Shown here piece by piece: positions 44,242 through 55,039 of a stretch of DNA of 64,000 nt. This DNA is from an uncultured Planctomycetaceae bacterium (GTDB lineage Bacteria > Planctomycetota > Planctomycetia > Planctomycetales > Planctomycetaceae). The DNA is taken from NCBI GenBank assembly GCA_963815195.1, contig CAWFGE010000017.1, positions 160,001 through 224,000 on the forward strand, written 5' to 3'. A model generated the notes under the pieces. That model worked only from the letters and a program-made list of their open reading frames with translations. It was not told the DNA's origin and did no database searches. Numbering within the stretch: position 1 is the stretch's first letter; each line of letters begins with the position of its first letter. Position numbers and translations under genes: made by a program.

Positions 44242-44682
44242 TCAGCCGAGATTCTTCAGATCGTTAAGCAGAGATTCCTTGTCCTCGGCTTCGGAGATTT
44301 GCTCCGCCTGCTGGACTGCCTCCGCCAGATGTTCCTGGGCGTTTTCCGTGTTGCCGGCGAGGAACTCCGCGCGGGCCAAGGCTTCGTAGGCGTAACCCAA
44401 CAGGAAGGCATCGTCCCTCGGCGTTTTCTCCAGGCAGATCCGGGCCGACTGGAGCGCGTTCGGACCATCGCCCAACACGGCGTTAATTCGCGAGAGTTGC
44501 CAATAGCCGATCGAGAGGTTCTTGGCGGTGCAATCGGGACGCTTGGACCAATGCCAAATCGACGCATGGGCGAGGTGGATCATTTCGTCGTCCTCGGCGG
44601 CGGTGCGATCGGGTTTTTCGATCAGATCCCAGGCTTTATTGAAGCAAAGGGTCGAAAAAAACTTGTGGGGTTCTTCGTTCAT
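44242..44682 (-). CDS. Conserved helical (TPR-like) hypothetical protein
   Basis: [35 protein letters not shown]. Coupled to the upstream LOG gene (ATGA overlap). Confidence 0.75.
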   Translation of the reverse strand: MNEEPHKFFSTLCFNKAWDLIEKPDRTAAEDDEMIHLAHASIWHWSKRPDCTAKNLSIGYWQLSRINAVLGDGPNALQSARICLEKTPRDDAFLLGYAYEALARAEFLAGNTENAQEHLAEAVQQAEQISEAEDKESLLNDLKNLG

Positions 44683-45791
44683 TTCGGGATGCCTTCCTCT
44701 TGTGGTTCTTCGTCCGCGAGCTCGTTGTTGATGAGATCGACCATCTGGCGGAGCCGGCCGATGTGTTTGCGGTTGAAGCGGAGGCCCAGGCGGGGCAAGT
44801 CGGCGAGGTGCTGATCATCGGATTCGAGGGGGTGGACTTTGACTTTCTGGATCCGGCCGGTTTCCAGGAGGTCCTGAAACTCGTCGTTCAAACGGTTCAC
44901 GAACTCGTCCGAGGGTTCTTTGTGCAGGCGGAGCACCAATTGTCCGCGGACGTAGCGCATGCTGTTATACACGCTATAAAACCCCAGGACCTCGTCGAGG
45001 GCGTCCTCCACGTCATCGACGACTCTCACCAGCGACAGGTCGTCCGGCGAAATCAATCCGTTTGCCAGCAGGTGCGATTTGACGTATTCCAGCCAATCCT
45101 TCCAATAGCTGCCGCCCGGCTGGTCGAGGAGCACGATCGGCATCAGGTCGCGTTTGCCGGTTTGGACCAGCGTGAGCGTTTCGAAGCCTTCATCGAGCGT
45201 GCCGAACCCGCCGGGGCAGAGGATGATCCCGTGGACTTCTTTCACGAACAGGAGCTTCCGCGTGAAGAAGTACTTGAGATGGACGAGCTTTTCATCGTCG
45301 GAGATGACGTAGTTCGCGTCCTGCTCGAAGGGCAGCATGATGTTAAGGCCCATCGACATTTCGCGGCCCGCCCCGACGTGGGCGGCTTCCATGATCCCGC
45401 CGCCCGCCCCGGTGACGACCATCCAGCCTTCTTCCGCGAGCCGGCGGCCGAGTTCCACGGCTTGATGATACGCGGGATGCTCCGGCGGCGTGCGGGCGGA
45501 GCCGAACACGGTCACTTTCCGCTGGCGGCGGAACGGCGTGAAGACTTTGAAGGCGTAGCGGAGTTCCTTCACGGCCCGGCTGATGATTTTCAAGTCCCCG
45601 CGGGTGGCATCGTCGCGGCCGAGTTTGTCGGCGTACTCTTTGATCTCCTCGACCAGTTGCGTCTTTTGCTCGAATTCCCACGCGTGCTCCGTCGGCATCA
45701 CGTCCGCTTCACTCATATCCGGCCGGGCGTGCCTGTGTCCGGGTTTGTGCGGCGGTTCGCTTTGAGGAGTGTCCTGCGGCATATCGGTCAT
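44679..45791 (-). CDS. LOG-family (nucleotide 5'-monophosphate nucleosidase-like) protein
   Basis: [38 protein letters not shown]. Confidence 0.9.
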   Translation of the reverse strand: MTDMPQDTPQSEPPHKPGHRHARPDMSEADVMPTEHAWEFEQKTQLVEEIKEYADKLGRDDATRGDLKIISRAVKELRYAFKVFTPFRRQRKVTVFGSARTPPEHPAYHQAVELGRRLAEEGWMVVTGAGGGIMEAAHVGAGREMSMGLNIMLPFEQDANYVISDDEKLVHLKYFFTRKLLFVKEVHGIILCPGGFGTLDEGFETLTLVQTGKRDLMPIVLLDQPGGSYWKDWLEYVKSHLLANGLISPDDLSLVRVVDDVEDALDEVLGFYSVYNSMRYVRGQLVLRLHKEPSDEFVNRLNDEFQDLLETGRIQKVKVHPLESDDQHLADLPRLGLRFNRKHIGRLRQMVDLINNELADEEPQEEGIPK

Positions 45792-45825
45792 ACAAATGCT
45801 TTCTCCATCATCCTTTTGTGATTTC

Positions 45826-45881
45826 GTAGCGGCGGCTTCCAGCCGCCGTTGATATTCTTGGCGGCTGGAAGCCGCCGCTGC
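45826..45881. repeat. GTAG-type REP doublet
   Basis: gtagcggcggcttccagccgcc...ggcggctggaagccgccgctgc. Related gtagcggcg...cgccgctac at 50248-50274. Confidence 0.8.
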
Positions 45882-45896
45882 GGTTATCCCGCGGCC

Positions 45897-46262
45897 TTAG
45901 TCATCCAAGGCGTCGATGGCTTCGTCGCGGGTGTCGTAGATGGCCCACAACGTGTCGAGGGCCGTCACTCGCAACAGTTCCGCGGCCGCGGGACTCACGC
46001 CGGCGAGCACCAGTTCCCCGCCCCGGCGTTTGACCACGGTATGGCAGCGGAGCAAAAGCTGCAAAAACACCGAGCCAAAGTAATTCACGTCGGTCAAATC
46101 GAACACGACCAGCGGGACCTCTTGATCGATCATGGGCTGCATGAGGATCTCCGCCGCCTGCTCGATGAGATCCCAACGCACCGACTCCACATTGCCTGCG
46201 GTGGCAATCACCAGAATGTTGTCGTGCCAAACGAACTGAAACGCATCGCGGAGATCGGTCAT
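45897..46262 (-). CDS. STAS-domain anti-sigma factor antagonist
   Basis: [34 protein letters not shown]. Confidence 0.88.
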   Translation of the reverse strand: MTDLRDAFQFVWHDNILVIATAGNVESVRWDLIEQAAEILMQPMIDQEVPLVVFDLTDVNYFGSVFLQLLLRCHTVVKRRGGELVLAGVSPAAAELLRVTALDTLWAIYDTRDEAIDALDD

Positions 46263-46329
46263 AAATCAATCCGTTCCGACTTAACTTAAATATCGGGAGA
46301 AAAATGTCTCTCGGAAACTCTGTATCCGA

Positions 46330-46427
46330 GTGTGCCGCTGGCTCTGCCGGCTGTGCCATTCACCATCGGGCCGGCTGGCTGATTTCGAAGTTCCACGCGA
46401 ACAGCACCGGCAAAGCCAGTGGCACAC
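46330..46427. repeat. REP-like doublet
   Basis: gtgtgccgctggctctgccgg...ccggcaaagccagtggcacac. Confidence 0.75.
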
Positions 46428-46483
46428 ATTTCCAATCATCTTGTTGAGACACACGGAATTCGTTTTTCGAGCCCATCGAAATC

Positions 46484-49063
46484 TCAACCGGCTCGGCGGC
46501 CGGCGGCGGGGTTTTGCGTCTCGTCCCACCATTGGGCCCATAACTTGATCTTACCATCCGCGCTGGCCGTGTTGCCAAGGGCGGGCGGATGTTTTTCCAC
46601 CGGAACCAGTTGTTCCAAGCTGTCTAAGACGGCCTGCTTGACGCGGTCGTCCCTCGCGGTCCAGGCGATGCTCACCAGCGGCTCGACGAATCGCGTTTGT
46701 CCCCCGGCTCCCATCGCGGCGATGACCTTCAAGCGGATTTGATGATCCGGGTGATGGCTGAGCCGGATGAGTTCATCGTGCCCTTGCGGATCGCCCAGGC
46801 GGCTCATGGCGATTGCCGCCGCGACCGAAACCGCCAGTTCCCGGTCGGCGAGCAGCGATCTGAGGCCGGGCAGTTGTTCCTCCGGACGGGAACCGGGAAC
46901 GCCGTCGATGACAATGCGGTTTCGGCAACGCCCCGCCGCTTCGATCGCCGCGAGCTGCACGGGCTGCTGCGAATCGTGAATCAAAGGCAAAAGCCAATCC
47001 GCGAAGGCAGGACCTCGGTGGCGGGCCGCGTATTCGCAAGCCAACCGCCGGATGCCCCCATCGGGATGATTCGCCGCCCAGGCGATCAACTCGGCGATTT
47101 CGCGGCTGGAATCCGGCAGCACGGCGAGCACTGCCGACCGCCACACCAATCCGTCCGCCTCGTTTTTCAGATGATCCCGCAACGTGCGAACGGCGAGCGG
47201 GCTGAGCGACCGCCCGTCGGCCAGCGCCCGCAACTCGCTCGCCGCCAGCCGCCGGCCGGCCGCGTCGTTCGATTCCAATTTCGCCAAGGCCTCGTACACC
47301 GGACTGAGGGCCGGCAGCACATCGCGAACAATTTCCTCCGTCCGCGGCGAAGGCGGCTGTTCGAGCACAAACGCCTCGATCGCGGGCACATCTTCGGGCG
47401 AGGATTCTTTAAGCGACTTGATCGCCAACTGATGCCGGGCGGAGTTTGCGGGGAAGTCCTGGTCCATCAGGTCGAGCAAATAGGTTTCGAGTTCCGCGAC
47501 CCGCAGGCGATTGATCTTGGGATTGGCAGGCAGCGTGTCTTCCGAACGGAAGAACTCCATAGGCAGGTTCCAGGTGCGGGCCAACGCCCGCGCGGCCTCT
47601 TCGCGGACTTCGGGACCGGCGGCGATGGGGAACGTCTCTTTCAAGCCCGTCCTCCGGCGGAGTTCGCGGAAACAGTTTCGGCGGGTCGTCAAGGATGCGT
47701 GCTGCATGCCGTGGAGCAGCACCGGAATCGCCAGTTCGTCCGGCCAATCGCGGGTGGCTTCAAGGGCGGCCGTTTCGACCTCCCGGCTCGCGTCGGCCCC
47801 TAATTCCCGGAGCCGCCGGGCCGATTCCACCGTCGCGAACCGGCCCAACTCTTCCGCGACCGAGACCCGCACCTCGTAAGACGAATCGTTCAAATAGGCC
47901 GCCAGTTCGCCCGCGCCCCAATGCGCGAGGCCTTTCACCGCCATCGCCCGCACGCGGGGCTCCGGCCGGCGGGCTTGGAACCGTAAGGACTCCAAGGCCT
48001 CCTTCGTCTTGAGCATTCCCAAATGCACGAGGGCGTCGTCGCGGACGGCGGGTTCCTGATCGGTCAACTGAGATTCGAGCACCTTCGCCGCATTGGGATG
48101 CCCGGTGAGGGCCATCCAATACGCGAACCGCCGGCGAACCTCTGGGTCCCGCTCGAAATAGGCGTCCGGTTCCCATTGCCAATCCAAAATCGCCCTTGGC
48201 CAGGGATTTTCTTTCGGAGTCTTCGCATCCGCCGGGACCTGTTGATTGCCAGGATTCCACAAGGCATACAGCACGCAGGCATCGATGGCGGCGTGCCGAA
48301 GTTCCCGCGAATGAGAGGAAGGCTCCCGCCCGGCCGCCAACGCATGATCCAAGCCCGGCACATGGGACGGAGGCACCCAGCGTCCGATGCCTCGGAACAG
48401 TTCCCCGCGGACTTCCACGGGGAGATTCTCGTTGACCAAGGCCTGCCCCGCCGGGGCCAAGGCTTCAATGGGATCGCCCTCTGCCGAGGCGAGCACCAGA
48501 CACCACGCTTCCGCCGCCGCGGCTTGCATGGACACGGGAATCCGCCGGGGCGCGGCCGCGGCCGAGCCGGATTCGCTTCCGGCCGGCGGATACTCGGGCG
48601 GTTCAGCCGCCAATCGTTTGAGCACGGGCTCCAGGTATCGAGTCTCCGCCGGATGCTGCCGGGCCAACAGAATCGCCGCGTGCCAACCCGCGAGATTGTC
48701 TTCGCGGGCCAGTTCGCCCAGAAGAACCTCCGCGTCGAAACTCGGCTGGGAGGAATTGACCTTCGCCCATTGACTTTCGAGGGCTGCGAGAAACTCCGGC
48801 CATTCCTTCACGCCCAGCCGCCAACGCAGCGAAGAAGCCGCCGGCCGCCGCGTTTCGCGGGTTTCCCATTCCCGCTCGGGCGACCATTCCCAGCGCCGCT
48901 GCCATTGTTCTTGGGTTAAAGACGCCGCCAGAGAATCGCGAATCTCCGATTTCCAAGCCGGCTCGACCTCGCCGATCTGCACAAGCCGGCATCCCGAACC
49001 GGCACCGCAAAGAATGCCCGCCGCCAATATCAACGCAATCGGGATCTTGCCAAATGGGAACAT
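46484..49063 (-). CDS. HEAT-repeat protein, probable lipoprotein
   Basis: Signal peptide ending GSG-C. Repeated L.D....VR..A...LG motifs. Confidence 0.82.
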   Translation of the reverse strand: MFPFGKIPIALILAAGILCGAGSGCRLVQIGEVEPAWKSEIRDSLAASLTQEQWQRRWEWSPEREWETRETRRPAASSLRWRLGVKEWPEFLAALESQWAKVNSSQPSFDAEVLLGELAREDNLAGWHAAILLARQHPAETRYLEPVLKRLAAEPPEYPPAGSESGSAAAAPRRIPVSMQAAAAEAWCLVLASAEGDPIEALAPAGQALVNENLPVEVRGELFRGIGRWVPPSHVPGLDHALAAGREPSSHSRELRHAAIDACVLYALWNPGNQQVPADAKTPKENPWPRAILDWQWEPDAYFERDPEVRRRFAYWMALTGHPNAAKVLESQLTDQEPAVRDDALVHLGMLKTKEALESLRFQARRPEPRVRAMAVKGLAHWGAGELAAYLNDSSYEVRVSVAEELGRFATVESARRLRELGADASREVETAALEATRDWPDELAIPVLLHGMQHASLTTRRNCFRELRRRTGLKETFPIAAGPEVREEAARALARTWNLPMEFFRSEDTLPANPKINRLRVAELETYLLDLMDQDFPANSARHQLAIKSLKESSPEDVPAIEAFVLEQPPSPRTEEIVRDVLPALSPVYEALAKLESNDAAGRRLAASELRALADGRSLSPLAVRTLRDHLKNEADGLVWRSAVLAVLPDSSREIAELIAWAANHPDGGIRRLACEYAARHRGPAFADWLLPLIHDSQQPVQLAAIEAAGRCRNRIVIDGVPGSRPEEQLPGLRSLLADRELAVSVAAAIAMSRLGDPQGHDELIRLSHHPDHQIRLKVIAAMGAGGQTRFVEPLVSIAWTARDDRVKQAVLDSLEQLVPVEKHPPALGNTASADGKIKLWAQWWDETQNPAAGRRAG

Positions 49064-49340
49064 GAAACCGCTAGGCGGCCGGAGCCGAACCGCTCCGGCA
49101 GGTTGTGATGCATGAGAAGGGAACGCGGAGAGAGGCCGGGAAGCTTATCAAGTTTCCGCCCTTGTCAGAAGATCAGATTCAGGCCCGGAGCACGTTCGAG
49201 TGCACGTGAGCTTTTGCGCCGGTTGCAAAATGCGATCATCTTGTCAAGGGCGGAAATCGGGGTCAAAACCGTTGGATATAGGACTGCGTATTTTGAGGTA
49301 AATGTTTTTTTTATCCATTCGTCCGATTTGTAACGTCTGG

Positions 49341-49563
49341 GTGGCTGGGGCGCAAATCCCCTTGGAATAAGGCTTGAACTGCGAAAGCTGGGGCTGTGGC
49401 CCAACGGGGGCAGTCTTAAAACGGAGCTGCGCGGGATTGATGAAGCCGCGCCTGCGCGTGGGCCAGATAGGGCCGCCCCGTTGGGGCTTGCATTTTATTC
49501 ATTCGAAACCCAGGGCGGCGCTGCGCTGGCCGTGGGCTGACATAGGGCCGGGCCTTCGGCCCT
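49341..49563. repeat. Truncated gtggctgggg element fused to a gcccaacgggg/ccccgttgggg REP-like cluster
   Basis: 49341-49401 matches 52230-52290 (57/61). It is followed by inverted gcccaacgggg/ccccgttgggg and gggccttcggccc hairpins. Confidence 0.7.
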
Positions 49564-49794
49564 AAATTATTTTGGTGCAGGCGTCTCGTCTGCGAATCCA
49601 GCCGGGACGGTTTTACCCCAATCACGAAATCTAGAACGACTGGATCTGTTTCGATGTTGGGCGGATTTTGAAAAAACAAAAGCGGGTTTGCACCCAGGGC
49701 GTTACCTGGAAATTCATTTGTCCAAAAAGTATCATCAGGCGATAAGGTGTGAAATCCGCTCATTTTACGGCCCAGCCCAGGGGAAAGTTGCTCC

Positions 49795-50163
49795 ATGCCC
49801 ATCGTGAATTTTGTCAAGGAAAAAAAGAAAGTCGAGGTGCCCGAAGGAGCCAATCTGCGGGCGGAAGCCATGAAAGCCGGCGTCCAGGTCTATCCGGGAA
49901 TTCATCGGCTTCGGTTCGCGCATTGCCCCGGTATTGGGGGGTGCGCTTCCTGCAAGGTGCGGATCGTCAAAGGGGCCGACAAGAACGTCAGCAAACAGAG
50001 TTGGCGGGAAAAAGCCCGGCTACTTGTGGGGCCGCTGAGCTTTTTCGCCCGGCTTGGCAACGAGCAGGAGCTGCGGTTGGCCTGCCAGACGAAGGTAATG
50101 GGCGACATCGACGTGGAAACCCAACCGAAACTCAACTTGCACGGCGAGAAGTTTTGGGCTTAA
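49795..50163 (+). CDS. 2Fe-2S ferredoxin-like protein
   Basis: CPGIGGCASC...RLACQ. Confidence 0.88.
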   Translation: MPIVNFVKEKKKVEVPEGANLRAEAMKAGVQVYPGIHRLRFAHCPGIGGCASCKVRIVKGADKNVSKQSWREKARLLVGPLSFFARLGNEQELRLACQTKVMGDIDVETQPKLNLHGEKFWA

Positions 50164-50289
50164 GATGCTCCCTCGTGCTCCGTCCCAGGATGAATTTCGG
50201 TTGAAGAAATTGGCCGCAGGGCGCTAGCCCCCGGTTTTCGAGCGGTTGTAGCGGCGATTGCCAGCCGCCGCTACGGAAGAAGGCACCCC

Positions 50290-51268
50290 ATGCGCGATAT
50301 TCGGATTGCCGCCGCTCAGTTTGAACACCGAAACGGCGACAAGACCTATAACCTCTCCCGCATTCGCGAATTGACCCGCCGGGCCGTGGACGAAGGGGCG
50401 GAAGTCGTGAGCTTTCACGAATGCGCGATCTCGGCGTACTCCTTCGTGCAAACGTTTTCCAAAGAGGAACTGCTCGAGCTTGCCGAGCCGGTTCCCGACG
50501 GGCCGAGCTGCGGGCAGCTTGTCGAGATCGCCCGCGAGTTTCAGGTGCCCGTCTTGGCGGGCCTCTTCGAACGGGCCCGGGACGCAGACGGCGTCTGGCA
50601 GGTCTATAACGCCTATATCTGCGTGGACCAAACCGGACTGCTCGCCAAGTTTCGCAAGCTGCACGCGTTTGTGAATCCGCATTTGAAATCGGGCGACGAA
50701 TTTCGTGGTGTTCGACCTGCTCGGCTGCCGCTGCGGGATTCTCATTTGCTACGACAACAACTTGATCGAGAACGTTCGCATCACGGCGCTCCAGGGGGCG
50801 GAGGTCATTTTCATGCCGCACGTCACCGGGTGTCTGCCTTCGGTGATGCCCGGCCGCGGGATTGTCGATCCGGTCCTCTGGGAACGCCGGGACCAGGACC
50901 CGGTTCGGCTCCGGCAGGAACTGGAGGGCCCTAAAGGCCGGGGTTGGCTGATGCGCTGGCTGCCCGCGCGGGCTTACGACAACGGCGTGTACGCGGTCTT
51001 CACCAACCCCATCGGCAACGACGACGGCGAGATCCGCAACGGCAATTCGATGATCTTGGACCCCTTCGGCGAAATCATTGCGGAGTGTCATCGGCTGGGC
51101 GATGATCTGGCCGTCGCGCTCTGCACCGCCGAGAAAATCGCCCAATCCAGCGGCCGGCGTTACCTCCGCGCCCGCCGGCCCGACATGTACGGCCCGCTCG
51201 TCGAACCGCCCGACGAACCGCCCGTCACCCAGCCCGGCTGGACGCTTCGCGCCGCGGCTTCGGAGTAG
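50290..51268 (+). CDS. Nitrilase/carbon-nitrogen hydrolase family protein (apparent frameshift ~50705)
   Basis: IAAAQF, FHE, FRKLH, then ILICYDN and GNSMILDPFG in the second frame (E-K-C triad). Confidence 0.88.
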
Positions 51269-51275
51269 CTTTCCA

Positions 51276-52124
51276 TCACGCGGCCCGGCGGCTTTCGTCC
51301 GCGGACCTTCGGCGAGTGGCGATGCGTTTGAGGAACCTAGCGCTCGATCGGCGAATGATCCACTCGCCGAGCGCCGGCCAAAGCTCGGCCAGCACGAACA
51401 CCGGCCGCATCGGGGGCCAGTTCACCAAAAGTTCCGCCCGGTCTCGGCGAATGGCTTTGACGACCGCCCGCGCGACGGCGTCCGCGCTCGTCGCGCCCAT
51501 CTGCGGCGGCGTGCCCCGGCCCGTGGCTGTTTTCATCCGTTCATAAATCCCGCCATCGTTCGTGAACCCCGGACAGATCGCCGAGGCGCTCACGCCCCGC
51601 CCGTGGAACTCGCCGCGGATCGATTCCGCCAAGGAAATCAGCCCCGCTTTGGAAACGCCGTAGGCCGCCCCGTAAGCCGGCCCGTGCTTTCCCGCGGTGG
51701 AAGACATGTTCACAATATGCCCGCTCCCGGCGGCGAGCATGCGAGGCAGCACCAACCGGCTGAGCACCACCGCGGCCGTGAGGTTCACCTCGATCGTCCG
51801 CGTGATTTGCTCGGCGGGCAGTTCCGCAAACGGGCAATAGGTTTCGATCCCCGCGTTGTTGACGAGCACATCGATCCGGCCGAACTCGGCGAGCGTGCAT
51901 TCGACCAACCGCTCGCGGTCCGCGGGACGGGCGACATCCGCGGGAATCGCGAGCGCCCGCCGGCCCATGCCGCGAATTTCCTCGGCGACCGTTTCGAGAG
52001 CCGCTTCGCTGCGGGCGGCGAGCGCGATGTCCATCCCTTCCCGAGCCAAGGCCCGCGCCACGAACACGCCGATCCCGCCGGACGCCCCGGTCACAATCGC
52101 ACACCGTCCCGCCAAATTTCGCAT
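51276..52124 (-). CDS. SDR-family oxidoreductase
   Basis: TGASGGIG, NNAG, SS, YGVSK, CPG. Confidence 0.93.
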   Translation of the reverse strand: MRNLAGRCAIVTGASGGIGVFVARALAREGMDIALAARSEAALETVAEEIRGMGRRALAIPADVARPADRERLVECTLAEFGRIDVLVNNAGIETYCPFAELPAEQITRTIEVNLTAAVVLSRLVLPRMLAAGSGHIVNMSSTAGKHGPAYGAAYGVSKAGLISLAESIRGEFHGRGVSASAICPGFTNDGGIYERMKTATGRGTPPQMGATSADAVARAVVKAIRRDRAELLVNWPPMRPVFVLAELWPALGEWIIRRSSARFLKRIATRRRSADESRRAA

Positions 52125-52409
52125 GTGGGTGACTCCTTTCCCGTATAGCCCGTTCGCGGCTAAGCCAGAGTGATTTCCACCCTATAGATCATTTGAATCG
52201 AAAACCAGACTCAAACTGTAAGCGTTTGCGTGGCTGGGGCGCAAGCCCCTTTGGAATAAGGCTTGAACTGCGAATGCTGGGGCTGTGGCCGGGCGAGAAA
52301 AATCTCACACGGCCCCAGGCCTCAAATCTGCTTTTTCCTTGGAACATTCCATTTCGCCCCAGCCACCCCCCTGCCGTCCCGCCAAATTTCGCATGTGGGT
52401 GACTCCTTT
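52104..52409. repeat. 36-bp direct repeat enclosing a palindromic MITE-like element
   Basis: ccgtcccgccaaatttcgcatgtgggtgactccttt at 52104-52139 and 52374-52409. Internal gtggctggggcg...cgccccagccac at 52230-52366. Confidence 0.85.
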
Positions 52410-52494
52410 TGTGTCGATCAGTCGGAACGCGCTCGCGTCCGGCTCCAGCGCCCGGCGGCTAATGGATGAGGAAAAAATTCTCCACATCTTCCGA

Positions 52495-53286
52495 TCACGC
52501 CGCGCTCGAACTGGGTTTTGTTTTCGTTGCCAATTGTTCCAACTCGCGGGCGATGGGGCCGTTCAATGTGTCTTCCAGGGCTTTGAGGCAATGGGCGATT
52601 TGCAGGCCGTCGGTCAGGCGATGATCGTAGGCGATCGTCACCCGAGAGCGGCCGCGTTCGTCGAACGGTCCATACGTCATGTTGCTGGTGAGGAACGCGG
52701 GCGGGTGTTGGATTTCCGCCCCCTGGCCGGCAAGGGTTGTTAAAAAGAACGTCCCCGTCCGCTTAGGCCGCTTGGCTCCGGCGAGGTTCAGCGTCCACCA
52801 CCAGAACAACCTGCGGACAGGCGTCGGCAACGCGCTCAATTGCCATTGGCGTTTGAAGATCGCCGTCACCGGTTCGCTGAGATACCGCGAAAGCTGTTTT
52901 TGCATGTCGGAGAGGCTCTGCGTTTCGGGCTCGGAAAATCGGCCCCAAAACAGCCACGGCTCCCCCAGGTGTTCCCGCTGGATCGCCATCATTCCCACGC
53001 TGACGGGATGCTCGTAAACATGCGGCCAAGGCCAAGGCTGATACGTCTGCCGGAGCACCGGAAAATCCCGCGCGATCAAACCGAACGCCTTGATAAACAT
53101 CAGCGTCCAGGAAATCCGCTCGGGAAGCGATTGGCGAACTTCGGCGACGCGGCTGAGATCGCACAGCCGGTCGTGGGGACACGTCGGCACCTTCGCGTGG
53201 TAATGCAGCACATCGCAGGTCAGCGCCCGGCTCCGCGGCAACCGGCATCGCCTGGGCCGATCCATCCTCGAAATGAACTCTGCCAT
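52495..53286 (-). CDS. Stand-alone 2-oxoacid dehydrogenase E2/CAT-like acyltransferase domain protein
   Basis: SWT..FIKA, P.LR, GTF.LT, TIAYDHRLTDG. No lipoyl domain. Confidence 0.78.
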   Translation of the reverse strand: MAEFISRMDRPRRCRLPRSRALTCDVLHYHAKVPTCPHDRLCDLSRVAEVRQSLPERISWTLMFIKAFGLIARDFPVLRQTYQPWPWPHVYEHPVSVGMMAIQREHLGEPWLFWGRFSEPETQSLSDMQKQLSRYLSEPVTAIFKRQWQLSALPTPVRRLFWWWTLNLAGAKRPKRTGTFFLTTLAGQGAEIQHPPAFLTSNMTYGPFDERGRSRVTIAYDHRLTDGLQIAHCLKALEDTLNGPIARELEQLATKTKPSSSAA

Positions 53287-53601
53287 CCTTCGCCCTCCTG
53301 CACGAGAAAGGTGGAAAACGTATCAAAATCGCTCGGTTGGGTGAATGCCAATGAGATCTGTTTTGTGTTCATGTGTTTCCTGTAGCGGAGCCGCCGAGAA
53401 TCATGGCTCACAGAATCATGATTTTGTGCACCGCCACCGACTTTGCTGCAAATCCGTGCGGTTGATGACGGTTCTAGTGCGCTCCCCGGCCATTTTGCCA
53501 GGCGGGGACTGGGTTTTCCCGGAGTCCACCGGCGGGGGATCCGATGTAGAAAAGGAATCGGCATCCCTCGGCTCAGACACTCCCAATCCACGCGCTCGAT
53601 T

Positions 53602-54364
53602 ATGCAACCCGACTTAAAAGACCGCACCGCCCGGCTTTCGTTCTTTGTGCTGAACCTCCTGGACGAAATCCGCGTCTCACCCCGCGACGTCGATCCGCAA
53701 GAAATCCGCTGCAATCTGCTGAACTTGCTGGCCGCGTTCGATCGAGGCGATTCCCCGAACGACACGTTTCAACTGGCGAAATACGCGCTCACGGCGTGGG
53801 TCGATGAATCCTTGAGCCGGGCCCATTGGCCCGAGGCCGCGGCCTGGAACGCCCGGCCTTTGGAGAAAGACCTCTTCGGCGGCGTGTGCCGGCATTGGCG
53901 ATTCTTTGAACGGGCCGAGTTCGCCCGCCGGCGCGGAGACCGGCAGGCCCTTCAGGTGTTTCGCTTCTGCGTGACGTTTGGATTTCGCGGGATTTACGCG
54001 GGGAATGCTCTCCGAACCCGGCTCGATGATCGGCTTCCCAGGTCCCGCGCGAACGGACCGTTCCGCACCGCCCGCTTGGGGCAAGACTCCGCCCGACGAG
54101 GACTGGGGGCGAACTCCCAGCCCGCACGCGGCCCTCCACGCGGCGGCAGCGTCCTCCGTCCAAGATTTTCTGCCGAAACCCTTTGAGAAAAAACTCGTTC
54201 CGCCCGCTCTGCCTCCGACGCTCGCCGAGTGGAGCGAAACCACCTTCGGCGAGTTTCGCTCTCCCACTGGAGCCCATGCGATGTGGAACGCGGCGAAGCA
54301 CTGGGCGATTGTGATGGCCATTGGCGGTTTGCTCTCGGCAATGTTCTTCGCCGTCGGTCATTAG
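53602..54364 (+). CDS. DotU/TssL (ImpK) family protein (apparent frameshift ~54010-54060)
   Basis: AKYALTAWVDE...W...PLE..LFG...FFE.....F..C..FGFRG.Y. C-terminal TM helix in ORF 53978-54364. Confidence 0.78.
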
Positions 54365-54542
54365 ACCGCCCGGCTTGAATCGCCCCGTTCGGCCGGACCA
54401 ATGGGAACAACTGCCCCAAAAGCAAAAAGTTTGGGAAAATCTCGCCAATGAGATTGAGAGCGTAACGATTCCGCGGCCGACGTATTACAATACCCACAGC
54501 CGATCTTAACGCTCTGAAATCCCTTGCCCCTCCCAGCTTCCC

Positions 54543-54983
54543 ATGTTGAACCACCGCAATCCGCGTATTCTCGTGATTGATGATGATGAGTCCGTTCGGG
54601 AAGTCGTCGAGTACGCCCTCAAAGAGCGGGGCTACGATGTGGTCCTGGCGGATGATGGGGCCGAGGGCTTGTTTCGGCTGGAACGGGATGCCCCGGATTT
54701 GATCATCCTGGACATGGTCATGCCCCGCCGCAGCGGTCTTTCCGTGCTGGAGCAGCTTCGCAACTGGAAAGGGCATTCTCCGCGAATCATCGTGATGTCC
54801 GCCAACGACCAGCCCAAGCAGCGGGAATACGCCTTCGCTTGCGGCGCGGACGCGTTTCTGTCCAAGCCCGCGGACATCGATGAGATCGCCGACCAGGTCG
54901 AGGCCCTGTTGATTCCGGAACAGTCCGAACGCCGAATGTCGGAAATCTCCATCGGTAAATCGCAAGAGCCGCGCACGAAGTAA
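54543..54983 (+). CDS. Single-domain response regulator
   Basis: LVIDDD, PDLIILDMVMP, MSA, SKP. Confidence 0.92.
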   Translation: MLNHRNPRILVIDDDESVREVVEYALKERGYDVVLADDGAEGLFRLERDAPDLIILDMVMPRRSGLSVLEQLRNWKGHSPRIIVMSANDQPKQREYAFACGADAFLSKPADIDEIADQVEALLIPEQSERRMSEISIGKSQEPRTK

Positions 54984-55039
54984 GCGGGCATGCGACGTCT
55001 CAACTTTTAAAATCCGCTGACTTGGCGCGCGGCTAAAAA

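Noticed and set aside
53602..54364. Complete type VI secretion locus
   Set aside because: No tssK, tssM, tssB, tssC, hcp or vgrG recognisable in the window.
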